Below, piece by piece: positions 1 through 8,827 of a stretch of 64,000 bases of DNA. The translations under genes were made by a program, and so were the position numbers. Numbering within the stretch: the stretch's first letter is position 1; each line of letters opens with the position of its first letter. The notes beneath the pieces are model-generated. The model was not told where the DNA came from and ran no database searches. It was given only the letters and a program-made list of their open reading frames with translations. The DNA lies in the NCBI GenBank assembly GCA_965203805.1, contig OZ241917.1:4384001-4448000 (forward strand), in the 5' to 3' direction. This DNA is from Candidatus Latescibacterota bacterium (lineage in GTDB: Bacteria; Latescibacterota; UBA2968; GCA-2709665).

Positions 1-12
1 TCAAGGTGTCCC

Positions 13-1356
13 GTGTCCAGCGCTGATACCCCATTCAAATGGCCGGGCCGCGCCGATCCCGGACGTCCCGTTCGAGTCGGGCTCATCGGCGCCGGAAAAT
101 TCGGCACGATGTTTCTGGCGCAGGCCCGCCGGATTTCCGGTCTGCACGTTCTGGGCGTGGCCGATCTGTCTGTCGATCGGGCACGGAAGGCGCTTTCCCG
201 CGCGGAGTGGCCGCCGGAACAAGCCGCCGCAACGGACTTCGACAATGCCCTGACCACAGGAGCCACGCACCTCACCGGCGACGGCGATTCTCTTGTCTGC
301 GCCAATGGCCTGGATGTTCTGGTCGAAGCCACGGGAAATCCGCTGGCCGGAATCCACTACGCACTGAAGGCCATTGACGAAGGCCGCCATCTGGTGATGG
401 TGAACGTCGAAGCCGACGTCCTCGCGGGGCCCGTCCTGGCGCGTCGGGCGGCGTCCGCCGGTCTCGTCTACTCGCTCGCTTACGGAGACCAGCCCGCCCT
501 GATCTGCGAACTCGTTGACTGGGCGAGGACCAACGGTTTTGACGTTGTCTGCGCCGGCAAGGGTACGAAACACCGGCCCGTGTACCACGAATCGACCCCC
601 GATACGGTCTGGGACCACTACGGAATCGACGCGGAAACGGCGGCGCGAGCCGGGATGAATCCGCGGATGTTCAATTCGTTCCTGGACGGTACGAAATCGG
701 CCGTCGAAATGGCCGCCGTCGCGAATGCCACGCGCCTCGAGCCGCAGCCGGAGGGATTGAACTTCCCGCCCTGCGGCATCGACCGGTTGCCGGACGTCTG
801 CCGGCCCCGGAGCGCGGGCGGTCGTCTTTCCCATAAGGGAACGGTGGAGGTCGTCTCCTGCGTGCAGCCCGACGGCACACCCGTCGATCAGCACCTGCGA
901 TGGGGGGTCTACGTCACGATCGAGGGGTCGGGAGACTACATCCGGCGGTGCTTTACGGAATACGGGCTGCCCACCGACGACTCCGGCCGGTACACCGCCG
1001 TCTACCGCCCCTATCACCTGGTGGGCATGGAACTCGCGACCAGCGTGATGCGGGCCGGACTGAGCGGCGAGGCCACCGGCTGTCCCCGCGCGTTTGTCGC
1101 GGACGTCGCCGCCACCGCCAAGCGGGACCTTGCCGCCGGGGAGACCCTGGACGGCGAAGGCGGGTACCGCGTTTATGGCAGACTCATGCCGGCGGCCGCC
1201 GCCGTCGGGAACGGCGTCCTTCCTATCGGGCTGGCGCACGCGCTCAAACTGAAACGCGGAATCAAAGCCGGCCGGCCGATCCTTCGCGCCGACGTGGACC
1301 TCAACGAAGACAGCGAGGTTCTCCGCCTTCGCAGGGAAATGGAAGGACGGTTGTAG
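13..1356 (+). CDS. Homoserine dehydrogenase-like NAD(P)-dependent oxidoreductase with C-terminal SAF domain
   Basis: Rossmann GLIGAGKFG; MVNVEAD, GDQP, DGTKSAVEM motifs; SAF-like AKRDLAAGETLDGEGG. Confidence 0.85.
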   Translation: MSSADTPFKWPGRADPGRPVRVGLIGAGKFGTMFLAQARRISGLHVLGVADLSVDRARKALSRAEWPPEQAAATDFDNALTTGATHLTGDGDSLVCANGLDVLVEATGNPLAGIHYALKAIDEGRHLVMVNVEADVLAGPVLARRAASAGLVYSLAYGDQPALICELVDWARTNGFDVVCAGKGTKHRPVYHESTPDTVWDHYGIDAETAARAGMNPRMFNSFLDGTKSAVEMAAVANATRLEPQPEGLNFPPCGIDRLPDVCRPRSAGGRLSHKGTVEVVSCVQPDGTPVDQHLRWGVYVTIEGSGDYIRRCFTEYGLPTDDSGRYTAVYRPYHLVGMELATSVMRAGLSGEATGCPRAFVADVAATAKRDLAAGETLDGEGGYRVYGRLMPAAAAVGNGVLPIGLAHALKLKRGIKAGRPILRADVDLNEDSEVLRLRREMEGRL

Positions 1357-1425
1357 GACGTGGAAGCGCGAGACCGTCTCCCGTCTTCCCTCTCCCGCAT
1401 CTGAAAATCTGCCGACGAGGAAATA

Positions 1426-3291
1426 ATGCCAATGAACGTTACACAGGATCTGGGCAACGGGTTCCGCCACCACGGCGTCGCGACGGACATCGCCAACAGC
1501 CGGGGGCTGGTCGCCACGGTGGACGGACAGGGCCGGAACGTGGTCCTGTTGTGGTTGTACGACCATCGCGGCTGCTACGCCCTGCTGCTGATCGACGCGG
1601 AGACCGGTGCCAGCGAACAGTACCCCCTCCCATTTCCGCCGGGCGATGACTTCAACGCCTGTCCTTTTTCGTCAGTACTCTCCAGCGGCAACCTCTTCTG
1701 CTCCCATTTCCACAGCCGTTTCCTGGCCTTCGATCCCGCCGCGCGGGCGTTTACGTTCTGGCATGAGACCGTACCGCAGATGGCCATGGGGATGACCGAA
1801 GACGACGATGGCCGCATCTGGGCGGCCACCCATCCGGACAGCGGCGTTCTGTCTTATGACCCCCAAACCCGCGCATTCAGGGACTACGGTCACGTCTACA
1901 AGCAGAACTGGCGGCAATATCCGCGTTCGGTCGCCGCCGACGCCGCCGGTTGGGTGTACTTCGGCATCGGCAGTACCGCCAGTCAGATCGTCAGCCTGGA
2001 TCCGGATTCCGGCGCCGCGGAGCCTATCCTCTCCGAAGGCGAACGCGTCCAGGGCAGCGGCCACGTTTACCGCGACCTGAACGGCAAGGTTTACGGACAT
2101 GCCGGGGACGGTTCCAACAACTGGTTTGAACTCTACCGGGGGGCGCGAACTCCCGTCGGGGCGCTCGAAGATCAGAACGAGAAACCGATCGTCACGGGTA
2201 GCCAGGGACTCTTCCACCGGGATTTCCCGGATGGCAAACGCATCCTGTCGTGCAATCTGGAAACGCGCACGCTATCGGTTGAAGACCCCGATTCCGGAGA
2301 AATCCGGGACGTCGGCTTCGAGTACACGACCGAAGGCGCCCACGTGATGGGGCTGGCTGCGGCGCCCGACGGGACCGTCAGCGGGGGCACGACCTTTCCG
2401 GCGCGATTCTTCAGCTACGATCCCGCAACCGACACGTGGACCAACCGCCCCAACCTCGGCCAGTGGAACACAGTCGCCCGTCAGGCGGATCGGTTTTTTG
2501 CGGGCGCCTACACCGGCGGACTCCTGCTGGAATGGGACCCCGCCGAACCCTGGGTACCTACCGAAAAGGACAACCCCGGATCCAATCCCCGGTTCCTGAC
2601 CGAATGCAAACCCGCCATCAACCGCCCGCATACGCTGCTCGCACATCCGGACGGGAAGACCGTCATTCTGGCGGGCACCCCCAACTACGGACATACGGGC
2701 GGCGGGATGATGTTCTGGGACCGGGAGACCGGATCGGGCGTTCTGCTGGAACACACGGAGATTCTCCCCGATCACAGCACGATGAGCCTGGTCGCCCTTC
2801 CTGACGGCAACCTTCTGGGCGGCTCCACGACTGATCCCGGGACCGGGGGCGAGCGAAAGGCGGAAGAAGCCGAACTCTACGTGATGGATATAGAAACGAG
2901 GCGGGTCCTGTGGCGCGAGGTCGTCTTCCCAGGCGTGCAGTCGTACACGGATCTTTGCCCGGGACCGGGCGGAGTTGTCTACGGGATTGCGGACCGGGAA
3001 TGCTTCTTTGTGTTCGATCCCGATTCCAGAAAGGTCCTGCGCAGCGAAATCACCGCGGACCGTTACGGGCTGACGGCCAGACAGCAGGGCCCGCGGGTTT
3101 TCGTCACGACGTCGGCGGGCAACGTCTACATGCTTTTTATCAAGGGAATCGTAAGGGTAGACCCGTCCGACCATAGCCTCGCCTTGCTGGCCGAGTCTCC
3201 CGTGCCCATCGGCTTCGGCGGGGACTGGCTGGACGGACGCATCTACTTCGGAAGCGGGTCACACGTCTACAGCTTCGGAGAATGCGAGTAA
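1426..3291 (+). CDS. Beta-propeller repeat protein, function unknown
   Basis: 621 aa with recurring YDP/DPxxG blade motifs; GAGGA RBS upstream. Confidence 0.7.
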   Translation: MPMNVTQDLGNGFRHHGVATDIANSRGLVATVDGQGRNVVLLWLYDHRGCYALLLIDAETGASEQYPLPFPPGDDFNACPFSSVLSSGNLFCSHFHSRFLAFDPAARAFTFWHETVPQMAMGMTEDDDGRIWAATHPDSGVLSYDPQTRAFRDYGHVYKQNWRQYPRSVAADAAGWVYFGIGSTASQIVSLDPDSGAAEPILSEGERVQGSGHVYRDLNGKVYGHAGDGSNNWFELYRGARTPVGALEDQNEKPIVTGSQGLFHRDFPDGKRILSCNLETRTLSVEDPDSGEIRDVGFEYTTEGAHVMGLAAAPDGTVSGGTTFPARFFSYDPATDTWTNRPNLGQWNTVARQADRFFAGAYTGGLLLEWDPAEPWVPTEKDNPGSNPRFLTECKPAINRPHTLLAHPDGKTVILAGTPNYGHTGGGMMFWDRETGSGVLLEHTEILPDHSTMSLVALPDGNLLGGSTTDPGTGGERKAEEAELYVMDIETRRVLWREVVFPGVQSYTDLCPGPGGVVYGIADRECFFVFDPDSRKVLRSEITADRYGLTARQQGPRVFVTTSAGNVYMLFIKGIVRVDPSDHSLALLAESPVPIGFGGDWLDGRIYFGSGSHVYSFGECE

Positions 3292-3360
3292 GGAAGGGAG
3301 CGCTGGCGAGGATAAGAGGACGTTAAATTCCCGCCCTCTCTCATTCAAAATACGAAATAA

Positions 3361-3410
3361 ACATGGATGGACAGGATAGGCAGGATAAAAGGCCAGGAGC
3401 ACGAGAAAGT
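3361..3410. repeat. 9-nt-periodic repeat (ACATGGATG GACAGGATA GGCAGGATA)
   Basis: Near-identical copies at 45872-45902 and inverted at about 4555-4582. Confidence 0.6.
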
Positions 3411-3816
3411 TCCCTTTGCCGGCAGACAGAGATGTATCCGTGCTCGATAGACTGAACGACATTACTCCCGTTCGGTGAACGTCGTACCGCCGTCGTGAAA
3501 CCTGTAAAGCCAGTCCGGTTTCTACTTCCTCCTCGCGGAGAGACACCGGCGGCCCTCGTCCCACCTGCACGATTCAATTCCAGATCTTGCCGTTTAGCGT
3601 ATCTTGCCAAGATATCTGTCCTTTACCGAAATCTTCTCCCTGACATTCTGTTCAGTCTACTACCGCGATTCGTCGTCCTGTTACTGTATGTGTGAGCAAC
3701 AGGGCAGCGCCGGCAAGGTTTTTGCATATGATGAAAGTGTGCCAGTTTCGACAGGACGGTTTTTCCATATAGGCGGGCTGGCGACGTACCCATTGACGTG
3801 GAATGAACCGTCCCAC

Positions 3817-3845
3817 TTGACACAGGGAATGTACACGGATAACTT
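3817..3845 (+). promoter_or_regulatory. Putative sigma70 promoter
   Basis: TTGACA-17 nt-TAACTT upstream of the 3894 ORF. Confidence 0.5.
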
Positions 3846-3893
3846 TCCTACAGCACGAATCAGGTGCTTTTTGGGTCAGAGCGGAGGCGGCGC

Positions 3894-4241
3894 GTGACGC
3901 GCGAATCGATATGGAGCGTGTCGGATCGTGCTCTGTTCAGCTTCATAGCACTAACACATTTCTTCTTTCAGATTTTCAGACTTTCCTTCTCGAAGTCAGT
4001 AAAAATACAAGACATTACAGACATTGGGATTTTTTCAGTTGTCGTTTCTTTCTTTACCATGGAGGCACTTGACATGGTGGGTGCGTTAACGGAAACGGTC
4101 CGAAAATGGCAATTTAAAAGGGGGCGTAAGAGAGGCCGACAGGAAGCCGAAGAGAAATACATCCGATGGATAAGAGAAGAAGAATCGAAGGGAACGGTTT
4201 TCAAGAGTCCTCCTCCTTCGGAGAACTCGAATCGGGAATGA
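3894..4241 (+). CDS. Small low-GC membrane protein, hypothetical
   Basis: GGAGG RBS then GTG; two hydrophobic segments and a charged C-terminus. Confidence 0.6.
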   Translation: MTRESIWSVSDRALFSFIALTHFFFQIFRLSFSKSVKIQDITDIGIFSVVVSFFTMEALDMVGALTETVRKWQFKRGRKRGRQEAEEKYIRWIREEESKGTVFKSPPPSENSNRE

Positions 4242-4291
4242 CGCACGGAATACGGAAAAAACGCTCAGGACACGAAATCTATCGTGCCTGC

Positions 4292-4325
4292 GATGGTCTC
4301 ATTGGCACGATCCAATGAGACCATC
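4292..4325 (+). terminator. Perfect 14-bp hairpin, likely terminator
   Basis: GATGGTCTCATTGG-cacgat-CCAATGAGACCATC followed by TTCGTTTT, between convergent genes. Confidence 0.65.
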
Positions 4326-4608
4326 TTCGTTTTGACCTCGCGCGGACAGTCTGGTGACAACGAAAGCAGTATGGTCATTGCGAAAACTGCGCGTGAAGCT
4401 TCTTTTCAATCAGGTGAAATATCTGTTCATCGCCTTGACCCGGAACTGTAAGCATTTGTCCCGATCCTGCCTCTTTCCTGCATCAGGTTTTGCTCCTGCT
4501 CCTGGTTTCTAATCCTGCTTAATCTTGCTAAATCCTGTTCATCCTTGTCGGTCTTTATCCCGTTCATCCCGTCCATCCATGTGAGTCTTGGCGTATGAGC
4601 TTTCCGGC

Positions 4609-5247
4609 CTAGAACCTGAATTCCCGGTCCTGGACTCTGAATCCCAAGAGCGACGCGCGTCCATTCGGGTCGACCCGGACGAGCGCTGCGAATTCGTCAG
4701 GGTGTTTCCTGATGTCTTCGACGATCTGCCTGCGCAATCTCTCCGGCACGTGATAGTATCCGATCCCGAAGTTCACGTATTTCTCCCTGAACGATCCCCT
4801 TGCGACGGTCCGATCCGTCTCCCCGTATCCGAGGGGTTCGTCCTCCTTCCCGGTCACCACCGAATCCGCGATCCATTCTCCGGAGCTGTCCCGGCGCAGG
4901 GGAACGTGAATGGGCACCCATCGATACGCGGTCTTGCCGCGGATCACGACGTCTCCCGCCGGGACCGCTGACGGCATCTCCAATTCCGTACGTTCAACGG
5001 CCCAGGTGGAATCCACCTGCAACCGCAACGTGACGTAGACCGTCTCCCCGCGTTTGCGATGCGCGTCGGCACGTGCGAACTCATACTCGATGCGGATGCC
5101 GGCGCCGCGCATCACATGTTGAAGATTCGTGGCCTTCGCCGGGAGCCGGATTTCCCTTCCCGATTCTCCTCGATTGAGGGGCAGCGCGGCCAGGATGCCG
5201 ATCTGCGCGAGCAGCGCGACGCCGAACCAGGCGGACCTCTTAACCAT
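4609..5247 (-). CDS. Membrane-anchored GDYXXLXY-like protein (divergent motif)
   Basis: N-terminal TM, GREIRL, GAGIRIEY, FGIGYYHVPE; overlaps the DUF2157 gene as usual for this pair. Confidence 0.65.
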   Translation of the reverse strand: MVKRSAWFGVALLAQIGILAALPLNRGESGREIRLPAKATNLQHVMRGAGIRIEYEFARADAHRKRGETVYVTLRLQVDSTWAVERTELEMPSAVPAGDVVIRGKTAYRWVPIHVPLRRDSSGEWIADSVVTGKEDEPLGYGETDRTVARGSFREKYVNFGIGYYHVPERLRRQIVEDIRKHPDEFAALVRVDPNGRASLLGFRVQDREFRF

Positions 5248-6574
5248 TGTGCGCCTCTCCCTGTTTGAGATGCCTCTCAAATCGGATTCCACCGAGAATT
5301 ACGCCGACGCCGCAGGCGATGAACACGAACGACTTGAGGAACAGATTCGTGTCCCACTCTATGAAGGTGTGGACGATAACCCAAGCCAAAATCAACAGCC
5401 CCGCCCAGTAGGACGTCCTGCGGTGGATCCGGACCGCCGTATAGAGCAGGCTCACCGCGATGGCGCCGGCGGCAACCTTTGCAGCCACGGGCAACCCGAG
5501 AGGCTGCATCGCCAGTGTACCGGCGATGAGGACGATGCCGGCAGCCAGCGTCGCGATCGAGCGGTGTCTCAAGGGAATCGTTTCGGGCGGCGTTCTGATC
5601 ACGGAGGTCCAGACGGCGATTGCGGCCAGGCCGGTCAGCCCGAGAGGTACTGCCCACAGCCATCCTTCCGACCGCCAAACGTGTTTCGAGAATTCACGCG
5701 CGACCTCCTCGAACGACATCATATAGGCAAGCAGCAGAATCACCGTCATCCCAACCGTCCTGGCAATGGTCCCCATCAGGCGCGCGGATTCGATCCTGTC
5801 CAGCCGGAGGCCCAGGCCATATAGGAACGTCGCGGTCGCGGCTACGGCGAGGAGCGGCGGCCATTGCTCGCCGCTGTCGAGCGCCGCGCAAACCGCAAGC
5901 GCGGCCCCCGCCGCCAGGACGCCGCCCCCGAAGGCCGCGGCGCTGCGACGCATAAGAAACGGGACACAGGCGGCGACGATCGCGAAGGGATACCAGCAAA
6001 GCATGTGCGGATTGTTCGCCGTGTACCCGCAGAACCAGGCGAAGCTCGCCACACACGTCACCAGGATGCAGGGCCCGCTCATCGTCGCGAATGCGATAAC
6101 CGCCGAACCGAGCGCCCAGATGCCGAAGGCGCCGTACGGTTCTCCGGTCAGGTGAAACATCTGCGCGATCAGGAATACGTTCGCGCCGAAGACCAGCGCG
6201 CCCAGCACGATCAGCGCCTCTCCGAGTCTTTTTCGGCTTCCCGACAACTTCCACAGGTAGAAGCCGGCAATCTCGCAGGCGAGCAGGGTTCCGACAAGAA
6301 GCGCCATTCTCCCCGGCACAGGGATCTCGTCCCACCTTGAAGCCACGAAGCTGATGGCGCCGCCGCCGATCAATACCGCACCGATCAGATAGAGCGCCTG
6401 CACGAGCAGGCCGCCCGATCTCCCGGCAACGTCGTCGAGACCGTAACGTTTGGATATCGCGGCGCACTGATCCTTATCGACAACCCCTTCGTCCACCCAA
6501 TCGTCCAGCTCCCGTCGAAGCGTCGACCGGAAGGCCGGGGACACCCTGCGGCCGCTGGAATCGCTTTCGCTCAT
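5240..6574 (-). CDS. DUF2157 family membrane protein
   Basis: ELDDWVDEGVV, GAISFVASRW, FGANVFLIAQMFH; many TM helices; start at MSESD inferred. Confidence 0.85.
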   Translation of the reverse strand: MSESDSSGRRVSPAFRSTLRRELDDWVDEGVVDKDQCAAISKRYGLDDVAGRSGGLLVQALYLIGAVLIGGGAISFVASRWDEIPVPGRMALLVGTLLACEIAGFYLWKLSGSRKRLGEALIVLGALVFGANVFLIAQMFHLTGEPYGAFGIWALGSAVIAFATMSGPCILVTCVASFAWFCGYTANNPHMLCWYPFAIVAACVPFLMRRSAAAFGGGVLAAGAALAVCAALDSGEQWPPLLAVAATATFLYGLGLRLDRIESARLMGTIARTVGMTVILLLAYMMSFEEVAREFSKHVWRSEGWLWAVPLGLTGLAAIAVWTSVIRTPPETIPLRHRSIATLAAGIVLIAGTLAMQPLGLPVAAKVAAGAIAVSLLYTAVRIHRRTSYWAGLLILAWVIVHTFIEWDTNLFLKSFVFIACGVGVILGGIRFERHLKQGEAHNG

Positions 6575-6760
6575 TGCCTGATGATCCTTTCCGCTTTTCG
6601 TCCGGAATCCGGATATCGGATATTCTATCGCATCCTGCCTCAGGTGATCCCGAATTGATACGACCTGACGAAAAAACAAAACGGCGGTGTTGAGTCAAAC
6701 CGCCGAAATGGTGTACTACGTTCTTTTCTTCTCGTGCTACAGAACACAGATACATTCCGC

Positions 6761-7021
6761 TCAGGCTGTAACCTTCACGATATCATACAGGAATTCAGGC
6801 GCAAAATCCGCTTCATTCTCCCACGTTATCGTATGCAAGTCAGGGTGAATTCGGAATTTCTTGAAATACGCTTTGTTCTTCAACGGCAAGAAAACCGGGC
6901 CCCATAGTTCATCTTTCAGATCTACTTCTCCTTCCACACCGTCATTAAACCTGAGCCAGATCACATAGTCGCCTGCGTACCGGGCGTCAACTACACGGAG
7001 TATCATCTTAGTCTCCAGCAT
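6761..7021 (-). CDS. DUF2442 family putative antitoxin, no toxin partner seen
   Basis: LRFNDGVEGEVDL, GPVFLPLK, TITWENEADFAPEFLY. Confidence 0.85.
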   Translation of the reverse strand: MLETKMILRVVDARYAGDYVIWLRFNDGVEGEVDLKDELWGPVFLPLKNKAYFKKFRIHPDLHTITWENEADFAPEFLYDIVKVTA

Positions 7022-7210
7022 AGTTATATTTTACAAAAAGTTAGTTAAGACGCAACTGTATATTTCCACTATGTCGTCGAAGGGTCGGAGAAGGGCAGTG
7101 ATAGGCGAGCATTTCGACAGCGCAAGGAATTACAGGTAGAAAGTTCGCCTTCCGCGAAATGTCTCGCTCCCGTACGCTCAGACCGCCGTACTGACGAAGC
7201 CGGTGTGAGG

Positions 7211-7234
7211 GTGGGGCAGACATTCCTGTCTGCC
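7211..7234. repeat. REP-like palindrome GTGG-GGCAGACA-TTCC-TGTCTGCC
   Basis: Perfect 8-bp stem; second copy at 26410-26429. Confidence 0.7.
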
Positions 7235-7301
7235 TGCACTGTTGTACTTCAGTCGGAATGGGGACAGGAGAAACGTCGTCGTCCATGTCACCCGACGATG
7301 C

Positions 7302-7712
7302 TCAATGATCGTCACCGTCGTAGATCCACATGGGCTCCGTCCTGCCGGCCCGGGTGAACCCGCATTTCCTGTAGAAATCGATCGCCCGTCCATCCGCTAT
7401 CAGCACGTGCTGGTGGAAGCCTTCATAGTTCGCCATCAGCCTCCTCATCAACTCCGTTCCGATGCCCTGCCGCTGGTATTCGGGATCCACCAGCAGGTGC
7501 GGATAATATACGACAAGATGACCGTCCGAGATGGCGTTTCCCAGCCCGACGAGCCGGCGGTCATCCCAGGCCGTGACCAGGGAATGCGAGTTCATCAACG
7601 CATCGCACAGTTCCGCCGGCTTGTCCGCGGAAGACCATTCGTTGGCGGAATAGAGGCTCAGTATCGCATCAAGTGGGATATTCCGGTTGTCGCTATATGT
7701 GATCGATGCCAT
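7302..7712 (-). CDS. GNAT N-acetyltransferase
   Basis: LLVDPEYQRQGIG and FYRKCGF motifs. Confidence 0.9.
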   Translation of the reverse strand: MASITYSDNRNIPLDAILSLYSANEWSSADKPAELCDALMNSHSLVTAWDDRRLVGLGNAISDGHLVVYYPHLLVDPEYQRQGIGTELMRRLMANYEGFHQHVLIADGRAIDFYRKCGFTRAGRTEPMWIYDGDDH

Positions 7713-8712
7713 CGGATCTCCATTGCATCATATTTCTCATCTGGTCGACGCGGTCCCGAACGAACCCCGCCGCGCCGTCCCGCAGACCGGGGTTGTCCGA
7801 CCGGCCGGCCATCCAGACGGCGATCTTCAGGCGGTCGGCAATCAGAAACGCGGTCAGCAGACGCTCGTGGTCGGCATCCAGGGCGCGGACGCTCCGGTAG
7901 CCGCGAAGAAACGATGCTCGCAGCAGCGCGAAATCGCTCCGGCTGACCAGCGGTCCGAGCGTAGAAGCCATATCGCACAGATAGTAGCCCCATCCGCAAT
8001 CGTCAAAGTCGAGCGCGCGCGCCTCTCCCTTCAGGAACACGTAATTGGCCTGATGCAGGTCCGAGTGGATAAGGCCGAAAACGGACGCCGTCTCTCCCAG
8101 TTGCGCCATCACGCCGCGCGTTATTGCTTCGGCCCGGTCGACGATGGCCCGCCGTTCCGGATCCAGCAATGCGCTGGTGCCTACCGGCGTGCAGCCCCTG
8201 ACCACGCCGAGCAGTCCATCGGCATCCCAAACCATGCGCGTGAAGCCGGATGAGGGGACGAACCCTGCCGCGTGGTCGTGCAACCTGCCCATGAGACGGC
8301 CGACCATTACCAGGTGACGCCCGGTCAGGTCGTGCTGGCTGACAAAGCGGCCCTTCACCCATCGGAACAGCGCGCAGACTCGCGGTTCCGGTACTCCCGG
8401 TGTCGAGGCGACTGTCAGCAGCCGGCCCTCCCGATTGACGACCGGCGCGCGAACGACGAGGTCCGTATCTCGCGCGATGGCATCCATCCACTCCAGCTCA
8501 GAGTGGATGGCGGCTTGCTCCTTGCAGCCGGGACGGCTGACGCGCAGGACGTATCTGCAGCCTCCGGCCCTCACCAGGAACGTGGCGTTTTCGCGGTGCT
8601 GTATCGGCCGCAGCGTGAAATCGCCCAGGTCGTAGGACGCCAACGCCGTGAGCGCCAGCTGTCGAAGGCGGCGAAGCTGGCCCCTGTACGTGAGATCCTC
8701 AAATGGTGTCAA
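7693..8712 (-). CDS. APH / homoserine kinase type II-like phosphotransferase
   Basis: LIHSDLHQANY and LDFDDCG motifs. Confidence 0.88.
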   Translation of the reverse strand: MTPFEDLTYRGQLRRLRQLALTALASYDLGDFTLRPIQHRENATFLVRAGGCRYVLRVSRPGCKEQAAIHSELEWMDAIARDTDLVVRAPVVNREGRLLTVASTPGVPEPRVCALFRWVKGRFVSQHDLTGRHLVMVGRLMGRLHDHAAGFVPSSGFTRMVWDADGLLGVVRGCTPVGTSALLDPERRAIVDRAEAITRGVMAQLGETASVFGLIHSDLHQANYVFLKGEARALDFDDCGWGYYLCDMASTLGPLVSRSDFALLRASFLRGYRSVRALDADHERLLTAFLIADRLKIAVWMAGRSDNPGLRDGAAGFVRDRVDQMRNMMQWRSDGIDHI

Positions 8713-8827
8713 GTATTCGGATTACCTCCCGCATCGAGAGAAGACCTCCAGGCCGTCGGCGTCTATCGATTGGACCCACCTTCACGAGATTTACGCTGAG
8801 TCCGGAAAGCCTGACGTGGCGTCCGCT

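Noticed and set aside
1-1566. Long antisense ORFs (also 33716-35002, 39941-41614, 50682-52619, 52784-54565, 59757-61142)
   Set aside because: Shadows of high-GC genes with clear family motifs on the opposite strand.
7105-7168. Imperfect inverted repeat GCGAGCATTTCG...CGAAATGTCTCGC as attC or ncRNA
   Set aside because: Single copy, no R boxes, interior does not pair well.
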